In this document: one piece after another, positions 55,150 to 64,000 of the stretch
How the letters are laid out: each line of letters opens with the position of its first letter
How positions within the stretch are numbered: position 1 is the first letter of the stretch
Assembly: GCA_037445065.1 (NCBI GenBank)
Contig: JBBILD010000008.1
Span: 423-64,422 of the forward strand
Source: Myxococcales bacterium
Lineage (GTDB): Bacteria; Desulfobacterota; Binatia; HRBIN30
Direction: 5' to 3'
DNA: 64,000 nt
Notes under the pieces: model-generated
The model's database searches: none
Told to the model about the DNA's origin: nothing
The model's input: only the letters and a program-made list of their open reading frames with translations
Program-made: the position numbers and the translations under genes

Positions 55150-56007
55150 TCACTCTGCCCCCACGGCCTTGTCTCGACCGACTGGCAACAACGTGTGGAA
55201 CGCGTGCTCGTCCCCCGGGAATTGGCGGTTGCGTACGTCCTGTGCATAGGTGCGCAAAGCGAAGAGCGCGTGTTCCGCTAGCTCGGTATACCGCTTGGCG
55301 AATTTTGGCGTGCGTCCGGCGGTGAGACCCAAAACATCGTGCAGCACGAGAATCTGGCCGTCACAGTCTGGGCCGGCTCCGATCCCGATGGTGGGAATGG
55401 AAACCTGGCGGGTGATCTCGGCGGCAAGTTCTCGCGGGATTCCCTCGAGAACGATCGCGAAGGCACCCGCCTCCTCCACCGCCAGCGCGTCCTCGATGAG
55501 CCGTTCCTGCTGCCCGGGCCCGTGGCCGCGACGCTGTCCTTGCACCTTGTGCCCGCCCATACGGTGCACGGACTGTGGGGTAAGTCCTATGTGGCCCATC
55601 ACGGGGATGTCCACAGCCGTCATGGCTCGGATTGTGGGGGCAACCGCTACCCCGCCCTCGAGTTTCACGGCTTCCGCACCACCCTCTTTCAGCGCGCGTG
55701 CCGCGCTTTCCAAGGCACGCTCCACGCTCGTCTGATACGAGCCAAAGGGAAGGTCAGCGACCACTAGGGCCCTGCGCCGTGCGCGCACCACCATGCGGCA
55801 ATGGTAAAGAATCTCCTCGAGGGTCACGGGCAAGGTGGTGTCCAAACCTTGCACCACCATGCCAAGGGAGTCCCCTACCAGGATGATGTCGATGCCCGCT
55901 TCGTCAACAAGGCGTGCGAACGGGAAGTCATACGCGGTGATCGCCACCAGGGGCTCACCGGCCGACTTGCGTTTGAGGACCTCAGGAACGGTTACTTTGC
56001 TTTGCAT
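55150..56007 (-). CDS. panB: 3-methyl-2-oxobutanoate hydroxymethyltransferase
   Basis: VAITAYDFPFARLVDEAGIDIILVGDSLGMVVQG. Completes the panB-panC-panD operon. Confidence 0.9.
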   Translation of the reverse strand: MQSKVTVPEVLKRKSAGEPLVAITAYDFPFARLVDEAGIDIILVGDSLGMVVQGLDTTLPVTLEEILYHCRMVVRARRRALVVADLPFGSYQTSVERALESAARALKEGGAEAVKLEGGVAVAPTIRAMTAVDIPVMGHIGLTPQSVHRMGGHKVQGQRRGHGPGQQERLIEDALAVEEAGAFAIVLEGIPRELAAEITRQVSIPTIGIGAGPDCDGQILVLHDVLGLTAGRTPKFAKRYTELAEHALFALRTYAQDVRNRQFPGDEHAFHTLLPVGRDKAVGAE

Positions 56008-56194
56008 GGGTGATACCTCCCCGGACCAAGTCCGGAGGGCTTTCCCATGCAAGCTGGTCAGCTCCCTCGACCCTGCACCTCGTGCAGTCAGCGCGGATCG
56101 CCATCGCTGCTGCTGGAACGGGTCGCTGGGATGTCATGACTGGCTCCTGTGAGAGCGCTCCGTCTCGGTCCGGCCCGCGAGCGTTCGCTCCAGG

Positions 56195-56836
56195 TCATTT
56201 GGATCCAAGCGGAATGTAATGTTGAACTCCTCCTGCCATCGAGCGGATTTCGCGAACGAGATCGAGGAAATCGGCGCTGTTCGCCACAAAGTCCACCGCG
56301 GACACATCAGCCACGAGCAGAGGGGCCTCTCGGTAGTGAAAGAAGAAGCGCCGATAGGCCTCTGCGATTCGTTCGATGTATTCGCGCGGAATGTACCGCT
56401 CGTAGTCCCGATCACGCTTTCGCAACCGCTCCATTAAAATTTCTGGCCGCGCCTGAAGATAGATCACGAGATCCGGTTTGGGCAAGCGGGTATCGAGGAG
56501 CGAGTAAACTTGCCGGTAGAGGGCCCACTCGTCGCCCTGAAGGTTCACCTGGGCGAAGATCTGGTCCTTGGCAAACAGATAGTCCGCCACCGTGATTTGC
56601 CGGAAGAGGTCTCCTTGGGCCAGCGTGAGTTGCTGTCGGAAGCGACTCAGAAGGAAAAAGATTTGGGTTTGGAAGGCGTAGGTTTTGGGATCGTCGTAAA
56701 ACTTCTTTAGGAAGGGGTTTTCCTCGACTTGCTCGAGCATGGCTCGCCCCTGCAGTTCCTCAGCGAGGAGTCTGGCAAGCGATGTTTTGCCGACGCCGAT
56801 GGGTCCTTCCACTGCGATGTACTTGGGAGCGAGCAT
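56195..56836 (-). CDS. Deoxynucleoside kinase (dAK/dGK/dCK family)
   Basis: P-loop IAVEGPIGVGKTS. ERS/DRY-type motif region (RYIPREYIERI) and LID. Confidence 0.85.
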   Translation of the reverse strand: MLAPKYIAVEGPIGVGKTSLARLLAEELQGRAMLEQVEENPFLKKFYDDPKTYAFQTQIFFLLSRFRQQLTLAQGDLFRQITVADYLFAKDQIFAQVNLQGDEWALYRQVYSLLDTRLPKPDLVIYLQARPEILMERLRKRDRDYERYIPREYIERIAEAYRRFFFHYREAPLLVADVSAVDFVANSADFLDLVREIRSMAGGVQHYIPLGSK

Positions 56837-56966
56837 TCTGCATCCCTCACCGGAGCACCACGAACGCTCCCTTGGTATCATACGATCCAAAGGGCGGCAA
56901 ACGAAAGGCGAAAATCAGGTTCTTTGTCTTGGCGGTGGCCCACATTCGTGCGACAGAGAGCTGCCA

Positions 56967-57410
56967 ATGATTCGGGTTTGTCCCCATTGTGGGGTGAACA
57001 ATCGTGTTCCGGCGCGACACCTTTCCGACCGGGGTCGCTGTGGGTCTTGCCGCGGAGAGCTTTCTCCAGTGGCTGAGCCCTTGGAGGTCGATCCTGCACA
57101 GTTTGCGGAGATCGTTGCTGAGGCCCGCGTGCCAGTGCTGGTGGACTTCTGGGCAGCCTGGTGCGGCCCGTGCCGGCAGGTTGCTCCCGAGGTCGCGCGC
57201 GCTGCGCGCAACTGGGCGGGGCGCGCCATTGTGCTCAAGGTGGATGTGGATCGGTTTCCTGAGTTGGCTGCTCGTCACGGTGTAATGGGCATCCCGCACT
57301 TTATCGTCTTCCGCCAGGGCAAAGCCGTGCTCGAACACTCAGGCTTCGTTCCTGCTGCAGAGTTGGAACGGTGGCTTGCCAAGGTCTCCGGCCAGGGGGA
57401 ATCGGACTGA
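56967..57410 (+). CDS. trxC: Thioredoxin 2-type thioredoxin with N-terminal zinc-ribbon
   Basis: CPHCG ... CGSC zinc finger followed by the WAAWCGPC active site. Start refined to MIRVCPHCG at 56967. Confidence 0.9.
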   Translation: MIRVCPHCGVNNRVPARHLSDRGRCGSCRGELSPVAEPLEVDPAQFAEIVAEARVPVLVDFWAAWCGPCRQVAPEVARAARNWAGRAIVLKVDVDRFPELAARHGVMGIPHFIVFRQGKAVLEHSGFVPAAELERWLAKVSGQGESD

Positions 57411-57516
57411 GGGCTTTGCCTTCAAGGAAGGTTGTTCGCGAGGCGCGTTGCCGAGGCCAGCTTTTCGGGGACGGAAAGAGGGCAACCTCTAAGTAAGATT
57501 TCCTCGCAGCGGGCTG

Positions 57517-57547
57517 CAGATTCCGAGCGGAATCTGGCCTTTTTGCG
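57517..57547 (+). terminator. Rho-independent terminator candidate downstream of trxC
   Basis: Perfect 8-bp stem cagattcc-gagc-ggaatctg followed by gccttttt. Confidence 0.45.
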
Positions 57548-57831
57548 ACGACCGAGCAGCGGCCCATCACTGGCTTTTGTCCGGGAGCACTCGCTCACGA
57601 AGGAGCACCTTGCGGTACAAATGGGACGGGCTACCGGGCTTGATCGCCTTCGGCGGACGAAGAGCCAGACGGTCTGCGGGCGACCTCGCGAAAAATGTGC
57701 GTTTCGTACGTCTTCCGAACGGAAGATTCGCTTTGCACTACGGCTACGCCCACCCGGCAACGGAGGAGTGCAGGGCACTCACCCACGTCAGCGAATGAGA
57801 ATACCTGGGTTTCCGCTGAAGCTTTCTGGGG

Positions 57832-60800
57832 TTACTCGGCGGTTTCACACGGGCCCCCATGCCGGAGGGTCACCGCGGCGGCTAGCCGCTCGCAATCATT
57901 CCCGTAGGTGATGCCGTCGCACCCGCATACGGGAGAATAAAACAAAGGGCAGGCTCGCGGCCGAGGCGTGCACGATCCAGCGAGATCGGCAACGGAACAG
58001 GTGGGATCCTCCGTGTTGCAAACAAACCCGTCCGGACAAGGGAAGCCCGCGATGCCGCCGCAGAGGCCGGGAGCTGGAGAACACGGTGGCAATTCGGGGA
58101 TGCACAGGAGTCCATCAGGGCAGCACTTCTCGGGGCATTCCGGCAAGTTGAGCGGACCACAAAGAGCCCCGGGTGGACAGCACTCCGGCACCTTGCAGGG
58201 CGGGATGTGAGGTAGGCAGCGCGCGTTGGGCGGACAGCAGCTCGGTTCGTCCTCGCAGGGGTTTTCCCGGCACGCGCCCGCTGCACACACGCCTCCTACC
58301 ATCCAGTCGCACCACGAAACACCGAGCGGTGTGAGATTGGTGCGAGCATAAGCGCAACAAGCGTCGCGGGTTTGCAGTTCGGCGAGCAGCCCTCCGGAGC
58401 ACGAGCCGAGAAAACAGCCGGAGGTTCGATCCGCAGGGCCCGGCGGGGTCGGCGTCGGACTTGGAGTGCCCACGGTCACGTCGAGGTAAACCACGGGGTC
58501 GTAGTACAGGTAAAAACGACCGTAGATCCGGTACACCCCGGGAGAGACAAGGTTGCCGCTGGCATCGCGCAGGTCCCAGACGGCCCGAGTCTGATAGCGC
58601 AACACTTCTCGATCGCGGTCGGGCGCGCTTGCTTCCAGAAACGGAGCCCCACAGCCCTCTTCCCGCAGGGTGCGGATCAGTTCGGCACCACGAAACACAT
58701 AAAGATCGAGGCAAGGATCGAACACCCCACCTCGAGGCTGGGTTTCTGTGACGGTGTAACGTAGGGTCACCAAACCTGGGACGTCGTAGCGAGCACAATC
58801 CGACTCCAGCACGACGCGGTTGAAACCGTCCGTCCACACGGCCCGATTGACGTTCGCAGGGTCGCAGTATGCCAGGTCCGAAGTTTCGTACACCTCGATC
58901 GTTACCGGTTCGCTGCGTAACCCGGAAAATTCTGCCCACACTTGCACGGTCCCAGCGCTCAGTCCCGCGAGTCTCCCGTTCGCCGCGAAGCGAGCTACGG
59001 TTTCGTCGCTGCTGCGCCAACTTGCGGCTTCCGAAACGTCGCGGGTCATTCCGAGGTCGTAGGTAGCGGTGGCGCGGAAGAACATTTCACCGCCTCGCGC
59101 CAAGACGCGATCGTTCCCTTCCGGCTGAATCCAGAGCGCCACCGCGGACGCTTCCGAAACCACCCGCACACGGACCGTGTTGCTGCGCAGGTCTTCAAGC
59201 AGCGCTGTGACTTCTGCATCGCCAGGAGCGTTGGCGACGGCGAGCCCTGCACCCAAGAAGCCGACCGCTGCCGGTGCAGAAGATTGCCACTCCACGGACT
59301 CGGTAACGTCCTGCCACTCGCCGGTGTCGTACTCTGCAGTCGCCCGGAACTGAATCCGCTCTCCGATCAGGAAGGTCACGTCATAATCGCAACCAACACA
59401 AATCGGCGGCGTACCTTCCTGGGCAGCGCCGGAGCCTCGGGCAAGCTCGGGGAAGGCGCGGTCCGCCGAAATGTAGAGAGCGATCGGGGTGGGGCGCTCG
59501 ACCACGCGCAGGTTCACGGCATCGCTGCGGACTCCTTGGAAAGTGGCGCTGATTTGCGCCCAACCGGCTTGCCTTGCGACCACCTCCCCCGCACGCACCT
59601 CGGCAACGTTCGCCGGCTCGGCGCTCCACTCGGCAAGCGGCGTTACGTCTTCAACCGAACCATCCGCGAGTTCTGCCAGCGCGAGGTACTGTAAGGACGC
59701 TGCCACGCGGAGCACCTCGCGGCACCAAGGCACCGGGGAGGGCAACGACGTCTCGGGAGCTTGGGGACGAAGGATACAGGGCAACTCCACCGGGCGTACC
59801 GCCGGATCGCTGAGCCAAGTCGGGCCGCAGCGGCACAGAGCGTTGATCACGGTTAGGCGAAGCACGGCGGGGCGCTCTACCACCCTTACTGGTGCCTGCG
59901 TCGTCCAGCGATCATCCCAACGCGCCGTCACTTGCGCCGAACCCACCGCGAGCCCTTGGATATTGCCGATGGGATCCACCCTGGCTACCGACACATCGTC
60001 TATGTTCCAATCCAAAAGCGGCGTAACATCGATCCGGCTGCCATCGGAGAGGCTTAGGGTTGCCGTGGCGGAGATTGCCCGCCCGATCGGAAGCTCCATG
60101 GAATCGGTTATGGAAAGATCCGTAATCTGTACCGGCAAGCAGTTCGGTATGCACACCTGGCGGGGGCAATCGCCGCACTCGGGACAGCTCGCTACACACA
60201 CACATTGATCGGTAGGATTGACGCAGGTTCCCTGCTCGCCGCACCGGTAGGCGTAAGGGATGGGCGTCCTGCTGCATACTCCGGGGCCGCAATCGTCGCA
60301 GGCGGGACAGCTCGAAGTGCACACGCAGGAAGAGTTTCCTTCGCACCCGGCTTCGAAATCACAGGGCCAGAGAGTCGCATCGCACGACTGGGGATCGAAC
60401 GTGCCATCCGCGTCCGCGTCGCTCCAGGTGCGCACGCCGTCGCTGAACTCGCTTGCTTGGCCGTCCCGGCGGACCAAGTACAAACCCTTGTCGGTTTGAA
60501 TTTCCTCGTAGATTCGCCCAGCGCGTTCATAGCGGACTACGCTGCGTACCTGCCCCCAGGCAACCTGCACCAATAGCGAGGTGATCCCGCGATCACCGAC
60601 AGGGAGCGGCAGCGCAGTTTGCACGAGATTGCCGTTGAGCGCTTTTGTGATGAGTAAACGGTATTTTCCTGGACGCAGATCTGGCAGTCGAAACGACCCG
60701 TCGGCGCTCGTGTCGAGAACAAAAGATTGTCCCTCCCCCTCCACGAGGACGCTGGCGTGCGCGAGGGAACGATCGAAATCCTCACCGATCGCAATCCCCT

Positions 60801-61035
60801 GCCAGGATCTGGGCGGTACGCCGATGGAATCAGTAGGGCCCGAGGGAACGTCGTTACGGAGAACGAGCAAGCCCTCGACTGCGGCGGCTGCGGCGGGGGT
60901 TGCTGTTGGTATGGGTGTCGCCGTGGGACTGGGGACTGCGCTAGGCGTGGAACTGCGCGGCTGGCTCTCACTACCACAAGCTGCGATCGTAAACCCGAGG
61001 AGAAAGCAAGCGGCCCCTAACAGCTGGATGTTCAT
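57832..61035 (-). CDS. Large surface lipoprotein: carboxypeptidase-regulatory-like domain, Cys-rich region, ~4 Big_2 Ig-like domains, Cys/Pro-rich region, C-terminal Kazal-type inhibitor domain
   Basis: RBS ggaggtg before the ATG at 61035. Lipoprotein-like leader MNIQLLGAACFLLGFTIAAC. Big_2-like repeats (VTPLLDWNIDDVSVARVDPIGNIQGLAVGSAQVTARW and three more). C-terminal Kazal signature (CPLFYSPVCGCDGITYGNDCERLAAAVTLRHGGPC). The upstream 70 codons of the 1137-aa ORF are probably not translated. Confidence 0.9.
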   Translation of the reverse strand: MNIQLLGAACFLLGFTIAACGSESQPRSSTPSAVPSPTATPIPTATPAAAAAVEGLLVLRNDVPSGPTDSIGVPPRSWQGIAIGEDFDRSLAHASVLVEGEGQSFVLDTSADGSFRLPDLRPGKYRLLITKALNGNLVQTALPLPVGDRGITSLLVQVAWGQVRSVVRYERAGRIYEEIQTDKGLYLVRRDGQASEFSDGVRTWSDADADGTFDPQSCDATLWPCDFEAGCEGNSSCVCTSSCPACDDCGPGVCSRTPIPYAYRCGEQGTCVNPTDQCVCVASCPECGDCPRQVCIPNCLPVQITDLSITDSMELPIGRAISATATLSLSDGSRIDVTPLLDWNIDDVSVARVDPIGNIQGLAVGSAQVTARWDDRWTTQAPVRVVERPAVLRLTVINALCRCGPTWLSDPAVRPVELPCILRPQAPETSLPSPVPWCREVLRVAASLQYLALAELADGSVEDVTPLAEWSAEPANVAEVRAGEVVARQAGWAQISATFQGVRSDAVNLRVVERPTPIALYISADRAFPELARGSGAAQEGTPPICVGCDYDVTFLIGERIQFRATAEYDTGEWQDVTESVEWQSSAPAAVGFLGAGLAVANAPGDAEVTALLEDLRSNTVRVRVVSEASAVALWIQPEGNDRVLARGGEMFFRATATYDLGMTRDVSEAASWRSSDETVARFAANGRLAGLSAGTVQVWAEFSGLRSEPVTIEVYETSDLAYCDPANVNRAVWTDGFNRVVLESDCARYDVPGLVTLRYTVTETQPRGGVFDPCLDLYVFRGAELIRTLREEGCGAPFLEASAPDRDREVLRYQTRAVWDLRDASGNLVSPGVYRIYGRFYLYYDPVVYLDVTVGTPSPTPTPPGPADRTSGCFLGSCSGGLLAELQTRDACCAYARTNLTPLGVSWCDWMVGGVCAAGACRENPCEDEPSCCPPNARCLPHIPPCKVPECCPPGALCGPLNLPECPEKCCPDGLLCIPELPPCSPAPGLCGGIAGFPCPDGFVCNTEDPTCSVADLAGSCTPRPRACPLFYSPVCGCDGITYGNDCERLAAAVTLRHGGPCETAE

Positions 61036-61408
61036 GACCCACCTCCGTCTCATGCGCCGAGCGATCGCTTCTTGTCGTGCACGTTCGTCATGTAAACAAA
61101 ATTTGTTTGTTCCACGATGGACCGATGTTGTCAAGCCAGAACGAAACGAGTCGAACGATTCGCGCGCCTGCCGAGATGAGGCAGCGAGCGCGGAGGAATT
61201 GCTGGCGGCTCTCGAGAGGAAGACGCATCCGTTGTCGCGACTCATGTGCGCGTGGCGGGCACAAGGCTTGCGCCGTCAAAGAAAACAGGGCACTCTCCTT
61301 TGCCGCTGGTGCCGATCTAGAAGGTTCGAGGTGGCTTCACGATTCGGGACAAAGGGCCAACGAGCAAGCTCGGGCGACGCTCCACGAAGCGGCGGGTTCG
61401 ATGAGCTA

Positions 61409-62089
61409 GTGCCACTGGGCCAGGACTTGTGGGCATACGATCGCGAAATCGTGTTGGCGCGCTGGCTACCGTTTCCGGCCCGCATGATCGTGCTGCGCGG
61501 CGTGACAGGTGCTTTGGCATTGCTTTCGCCGTTGCCCCTGAACAGCACCGTGCGAAGTGCGCTCGACCGAATCGGAGTGGTGCAAGCCCTGATTGCTCCA
61601 AGCTTAGTTCATTACCTGTTTCTCGCTGAAGCGGCGCGTGTGTACCCAGCGGCCCAGGTTCTGGGCCCTGCAGGCCTAGAACGCAAGCAGCCGGGACTGA
61701 AGTTTGAACCCTTGCCGGAGCGAGGCCGGCCGTTGCCCGACCTGCCGGACCTCGAAGTTTTGCACGTACGAGGAGCTCCGTATGTGGAGGAACATGTCTT
61801 TTTTCATTGGCCGACACGTACCTTGCTGCTCGCGGATCTTCTTTTCCATGTGCGGCAGGCGCGCCGCTGGAGAACGCGGGCTTTTTTCGCTGTGATGGGA
61901 GCCTATGGTGGTGCGCGGCAGAGCCGAATCTGGCGCTGGTTTGTCCGCGACCGAGCGAGTTTTGGCCGCTCGCTGCGGTCCATTCTCGACTGGCCGGTCG
62001 AGCGGGTGGTGGTCGCACACGGCGAGCGACTCGAGGGTAACGCGCGCCAGCAGTTAGAAGTCGCATGGCGCGCGTTTCTCAGGCAGTAA
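61409..62089 (+). CDS. Conserved hypothetical protein (DUF4336-like, tentative)
   Basis: Only the last ~226 codons of the 502-aa ORF are plausible. The upstream part is antisense to the large lipoprotein gene. GTG start at 61409 is assumed. Confidence 0.5.
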   Translation: MPLGQDLWAYDREIVLARWLPFPARMIVLRGVTGALALLSPLPLNSTVRSALDRIGVVQALIAPSLVHYLFLAEAARVYPAAQVLGPAGLERKQPGLKFEPLPERGRPLPDLPDLEVLHVRGAPYVEEHVFFHWPTRTLLLADLLFHVRQARRWRTRAFFAVMGAYGGARQSRIWRWFVRDRASFGRSLRSILDWPVERVVVAHGERLEGNARQQLEVAWRAFLRQ

Positions 62090-62092
62090 AAA

Positions 62093-63445
62093 GTGCGGTG
62101 CTTGCGGCGTGTGACGCGATGGGGCTTCTGCGCAGCACCGCGGGCTGCGGGCAAGGCTCTCCCTGCGCGGGCTGCATGGTTGATCGTTGCGGGGCTGCTG
62201 TTCGTGCCTTTGTTAGCGGGCGGTTGCGCGCGGGGTGCCGCTGGCGGTGAGGAGTTACGAATCTGGGCCATGGGGAAGGAAGCCGAGCACTTGGCTTCGT
62301 TGCTGGCGGAGTTCCAGCGGCATCACCCGACAATACCGGTACGGTTGCAGCGTATTCCGTGGAGTGCAGCGCACGAGAAATTACTCACCGCCTTTGTTGC
62401 GGGAACCCTTCCAGATGTCATCCAACTGGGAAACACTTGGATTGCGGAGTTCGTCGCAGTGGGCGCCGTGGAACCACTGGACCGGTGGCTCGAGGGAACG
62501 GATCTAGAGCGTGACTGGTTCCCAGGTATCGCGGAGACCAACCGGGTTGATGGCCGCACCTGGGCGGCCCCTTGGTATGTAGACACACGCGTATTGTTTT
62601 ACCGGCGCGACCTGCTGGCTTTAGTCGGCGCGTCTGTGGCGCCCCGCAGTTGGGAGGAATGGCGGCAGGTGATGTTCCAAATCAAGGAACACGCTCCTGG
62701 GGGATACGCCCTTTGGGCACCACTCCATGAATGGCAACTATTGGTAGCACTTGCTTTTCAACAAGGAGCTTCTCTGCTTGTGGAGGAAGAGACGCGCGCG
62801 AACTTTCAGAGCCCAGAGTTCCGGCGTGCCTTTGACTTTTATGTGTCTTGGTTTCGCGACGGACTGGCGCCGTTTGCTGGTGAGGCCCAAGTCGCCAACA
62901 TTTATCAGGACTTCGCAGCAGGGCTGTTTACCTTTTACGTGACCGGACCCTGGAACCTGGCGGAATTTCGCCGGCGTCTGCCCGTTGAGTTGGACGCTGC
63001 CTGGGAGACCGCCCCTCTTCCTGCGCCTCGACCCGGAGAGGTGGGTCTTTCGGTCGCCGGAGGTGCGAGCCTGGGGATCGTTCGCTCTTCTGCACGAAAA
63101 ACGGAAGCGTGGATGCTCATAGAGTTCCTGCTGCGAACCGAACAACAGGTTCGTTGGTATGAGATCAGTGGCGACTTGCCGGCCAGGCGCTCTGCTTGGC
63201 AGGATCCTCGCTTGTGGCGCGACCGTCGGATCGGTGCGTTCCGGGCTCAGCTCGATCACGTGCGCGCTGCCCCTAAAGTCCCCGAATGGGAGCGCATTGC
63301 TGCCCTGCTCATGGCGCACACAGAGCTGGTAGTACGATCGCAGCGTACGGCGGAAGAGGCCCTGCGCGAACTGGACAAAAGGGTAGACTCGGTGTTGGCG
63401 AAACGGCGCTGGCTCCGGCAGCGTGCGCGAGACGAGGCCAAGTGA
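62093..63445 (+). CDS. ABC transporter substrate-binding lipoprotein, family 1 (sugar/MalE-like)
   Basis: Lipobox LLAGGC. SBP_bac_1 layout (DVIQLGNTWIAEFV, WAAPWYVDTRVLFYR). Confidence 0.85.
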   Translation: MRCLRRVTRWGFCAAPRAAGKALPARAAWLIVAGLLFVPLLAGGCARGAAGGEELRIWAMGKEAEHLASLLAEFQRHHPTIPVRLQRIPWSAAHEKLLTAFVAGTLPDVIQLGNTWIAEFVAVGAVEPLDRWLEGTDLERDWFPGIAETNRVDGRTWAAPWYVDTRVLFYRRDLLALVGASVAPRSWEEWRQVMFQIKEHAPGGYALWAPLHEWQLLVALAFQQGASLLVEEETRANFQSPEFRRAFDFYVSWFRDGLAPFAGEAQVANIYQDFAAGLFTFYVTGPWNLAEFRRRLPVELDAAWETAPLPAPRPGEVGLSVAGGASLGIVRSSARKTEAWMLIEFLLRTEQQVRWYEISGDLPARRSAWQDPRLWRDRRIGAFRAQLDHVRAAPKVPEWERIAALLMAHTELVVRSQRTAEEALRELDKRVDSVLAKRRWLRQRARDEAK

Positions 63446-64000
63446 AAAATCGAACCGTCGCGATAGCGGGCGTGTTGTTGGTTGCCCCAGCGCTGGGGGC
63501 GATCGTCGCGTTTTTCGTGCTGCCGGTGGCCAGCGGGTTGTTGCTGAGTTTCACAGATTTCGATGTTTACGGGCTTGCCGGTTGGGATTATGTGCGCTGC
63601 GTCGGCCTCGGCAACTACGGATCGTTGCTCGCGGATCCACTTTTTTGGCGGGCATTGGTGAACACTCTGTACTTCGTGCTTGCAGGGGGAGCTTTGTCGC
63701 TGTTCGTCTCCCTCGCCGCCGCCCTGTTGCTCACCGCTGGAGATGTGTGCGGCCGAGCTGTGTGGCGCACGATGTTTTTCGTGCCCGTGGTAACGACCGT
63801 GGTTGCGGCAGCGGTGGTGTGGCGCGCGTGGTATCACCCGCGGGTTGGTGTGTTGGCTGCTTTGCTAAGCGCTGTAGGATTCGAGCCCGTGGATTGGTTG
63901 GGGGATCCGCGTTGGGCTATGCCGGCCATCATTCTTTTCGCGGTGTGGAAAAATTTCGGCTTCAACATGGTGATCCTGGTGGCGGCCCTCCAGAGCATCC
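63442..64000 (+). CDS. ABC transporter permease (MalF/UgpA-like), 5' partial at window end
   Basis: GTG start overlapping the SBP stop (GTGA). Multiple TM helices (LLVAPALGAIVAFFVLPV, LYFVLAGGALSLFVSLAAALLL). Not in the ORF table because it runs off the window. Confidence 0.8.
   Translation, partial: MKNRTVAIAGVLLVAPALGAIVAFFVLPVASGLLLSFTDFDVYGLAGWDYVRCVGLGNYGSLLADPLFWRALVNTLYFVLAGGALSLFVSLAAALLLTAGDVCGRAVWRTMFFVPVVTTVVAAAVVWRAWYHPRVGVLAALLSAVGFEPVDWLGDPRWAMPAIILFAVWKNFGFNMVILVAALQSI

Noticed and set aside
60581-61408. N-terminal 276 codons of the 502-aa ORF
   Set aside because: Antisense to the well-supported 57832..61035 lipoprotein gene. Only the C-terminal ~226 codons downstream of it look like a real conserved domain.

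Overview
This is a high-GC (~65%) bacterial chromosomal segment that spans the replication-origin neighbourhood. gyrA, gyrB, dnaN and dnaA lie on the minus strand and diverge from a long plus-strand block: hemL, atpZ-atpI-atpB-atpE, pgpA, cinA-ligT-recA-pilT-recX, alaS, phoH-ybeY. The middle and right of the window mix housekeeping genes with an accessory-looking set of large secreted or lipoproteins that share Pro/Thr-rich linkers encoded by repetitive DNA. Housekeeping genes include miaB, bioB, hisS, aspS, def, panBCD, a deoxynucleoside kinase and trxC. The three large PT-linker exoproteins are: (a) a 952-aa LamG / PQQ-type beta-propeller / C-terminal OB-fold protein; (b) a 1000-aa protein with three Cys-rich modules, a ThuA-like domain and a C-terminal dockerin; (c) a ~1070-aa lipoprotein with a carboxypeptidase-regulatory-like domain, about four Big_2 domains and a C-terminal Kazal-type inhibitor domain. 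A type IV pilus minor-pilin operon (fimT/gspH-like, pilV-, pilW-, pilX-like) has a frameshifted pilX-like gene and no pilY1. In place of pilY1 it is followed by a small secreted coiled-coil protein and a membrane-anchored TPR/HExxH (peptidase-MA-like) protein. No tRNA, rRNA, CRISPR array, transposase or integrase could be supported by eye. Long antisense ORFs in the six-frame track are high-GC artefacts. Many start codons were refined by eye and remain uncertain by tens of nucleotides.
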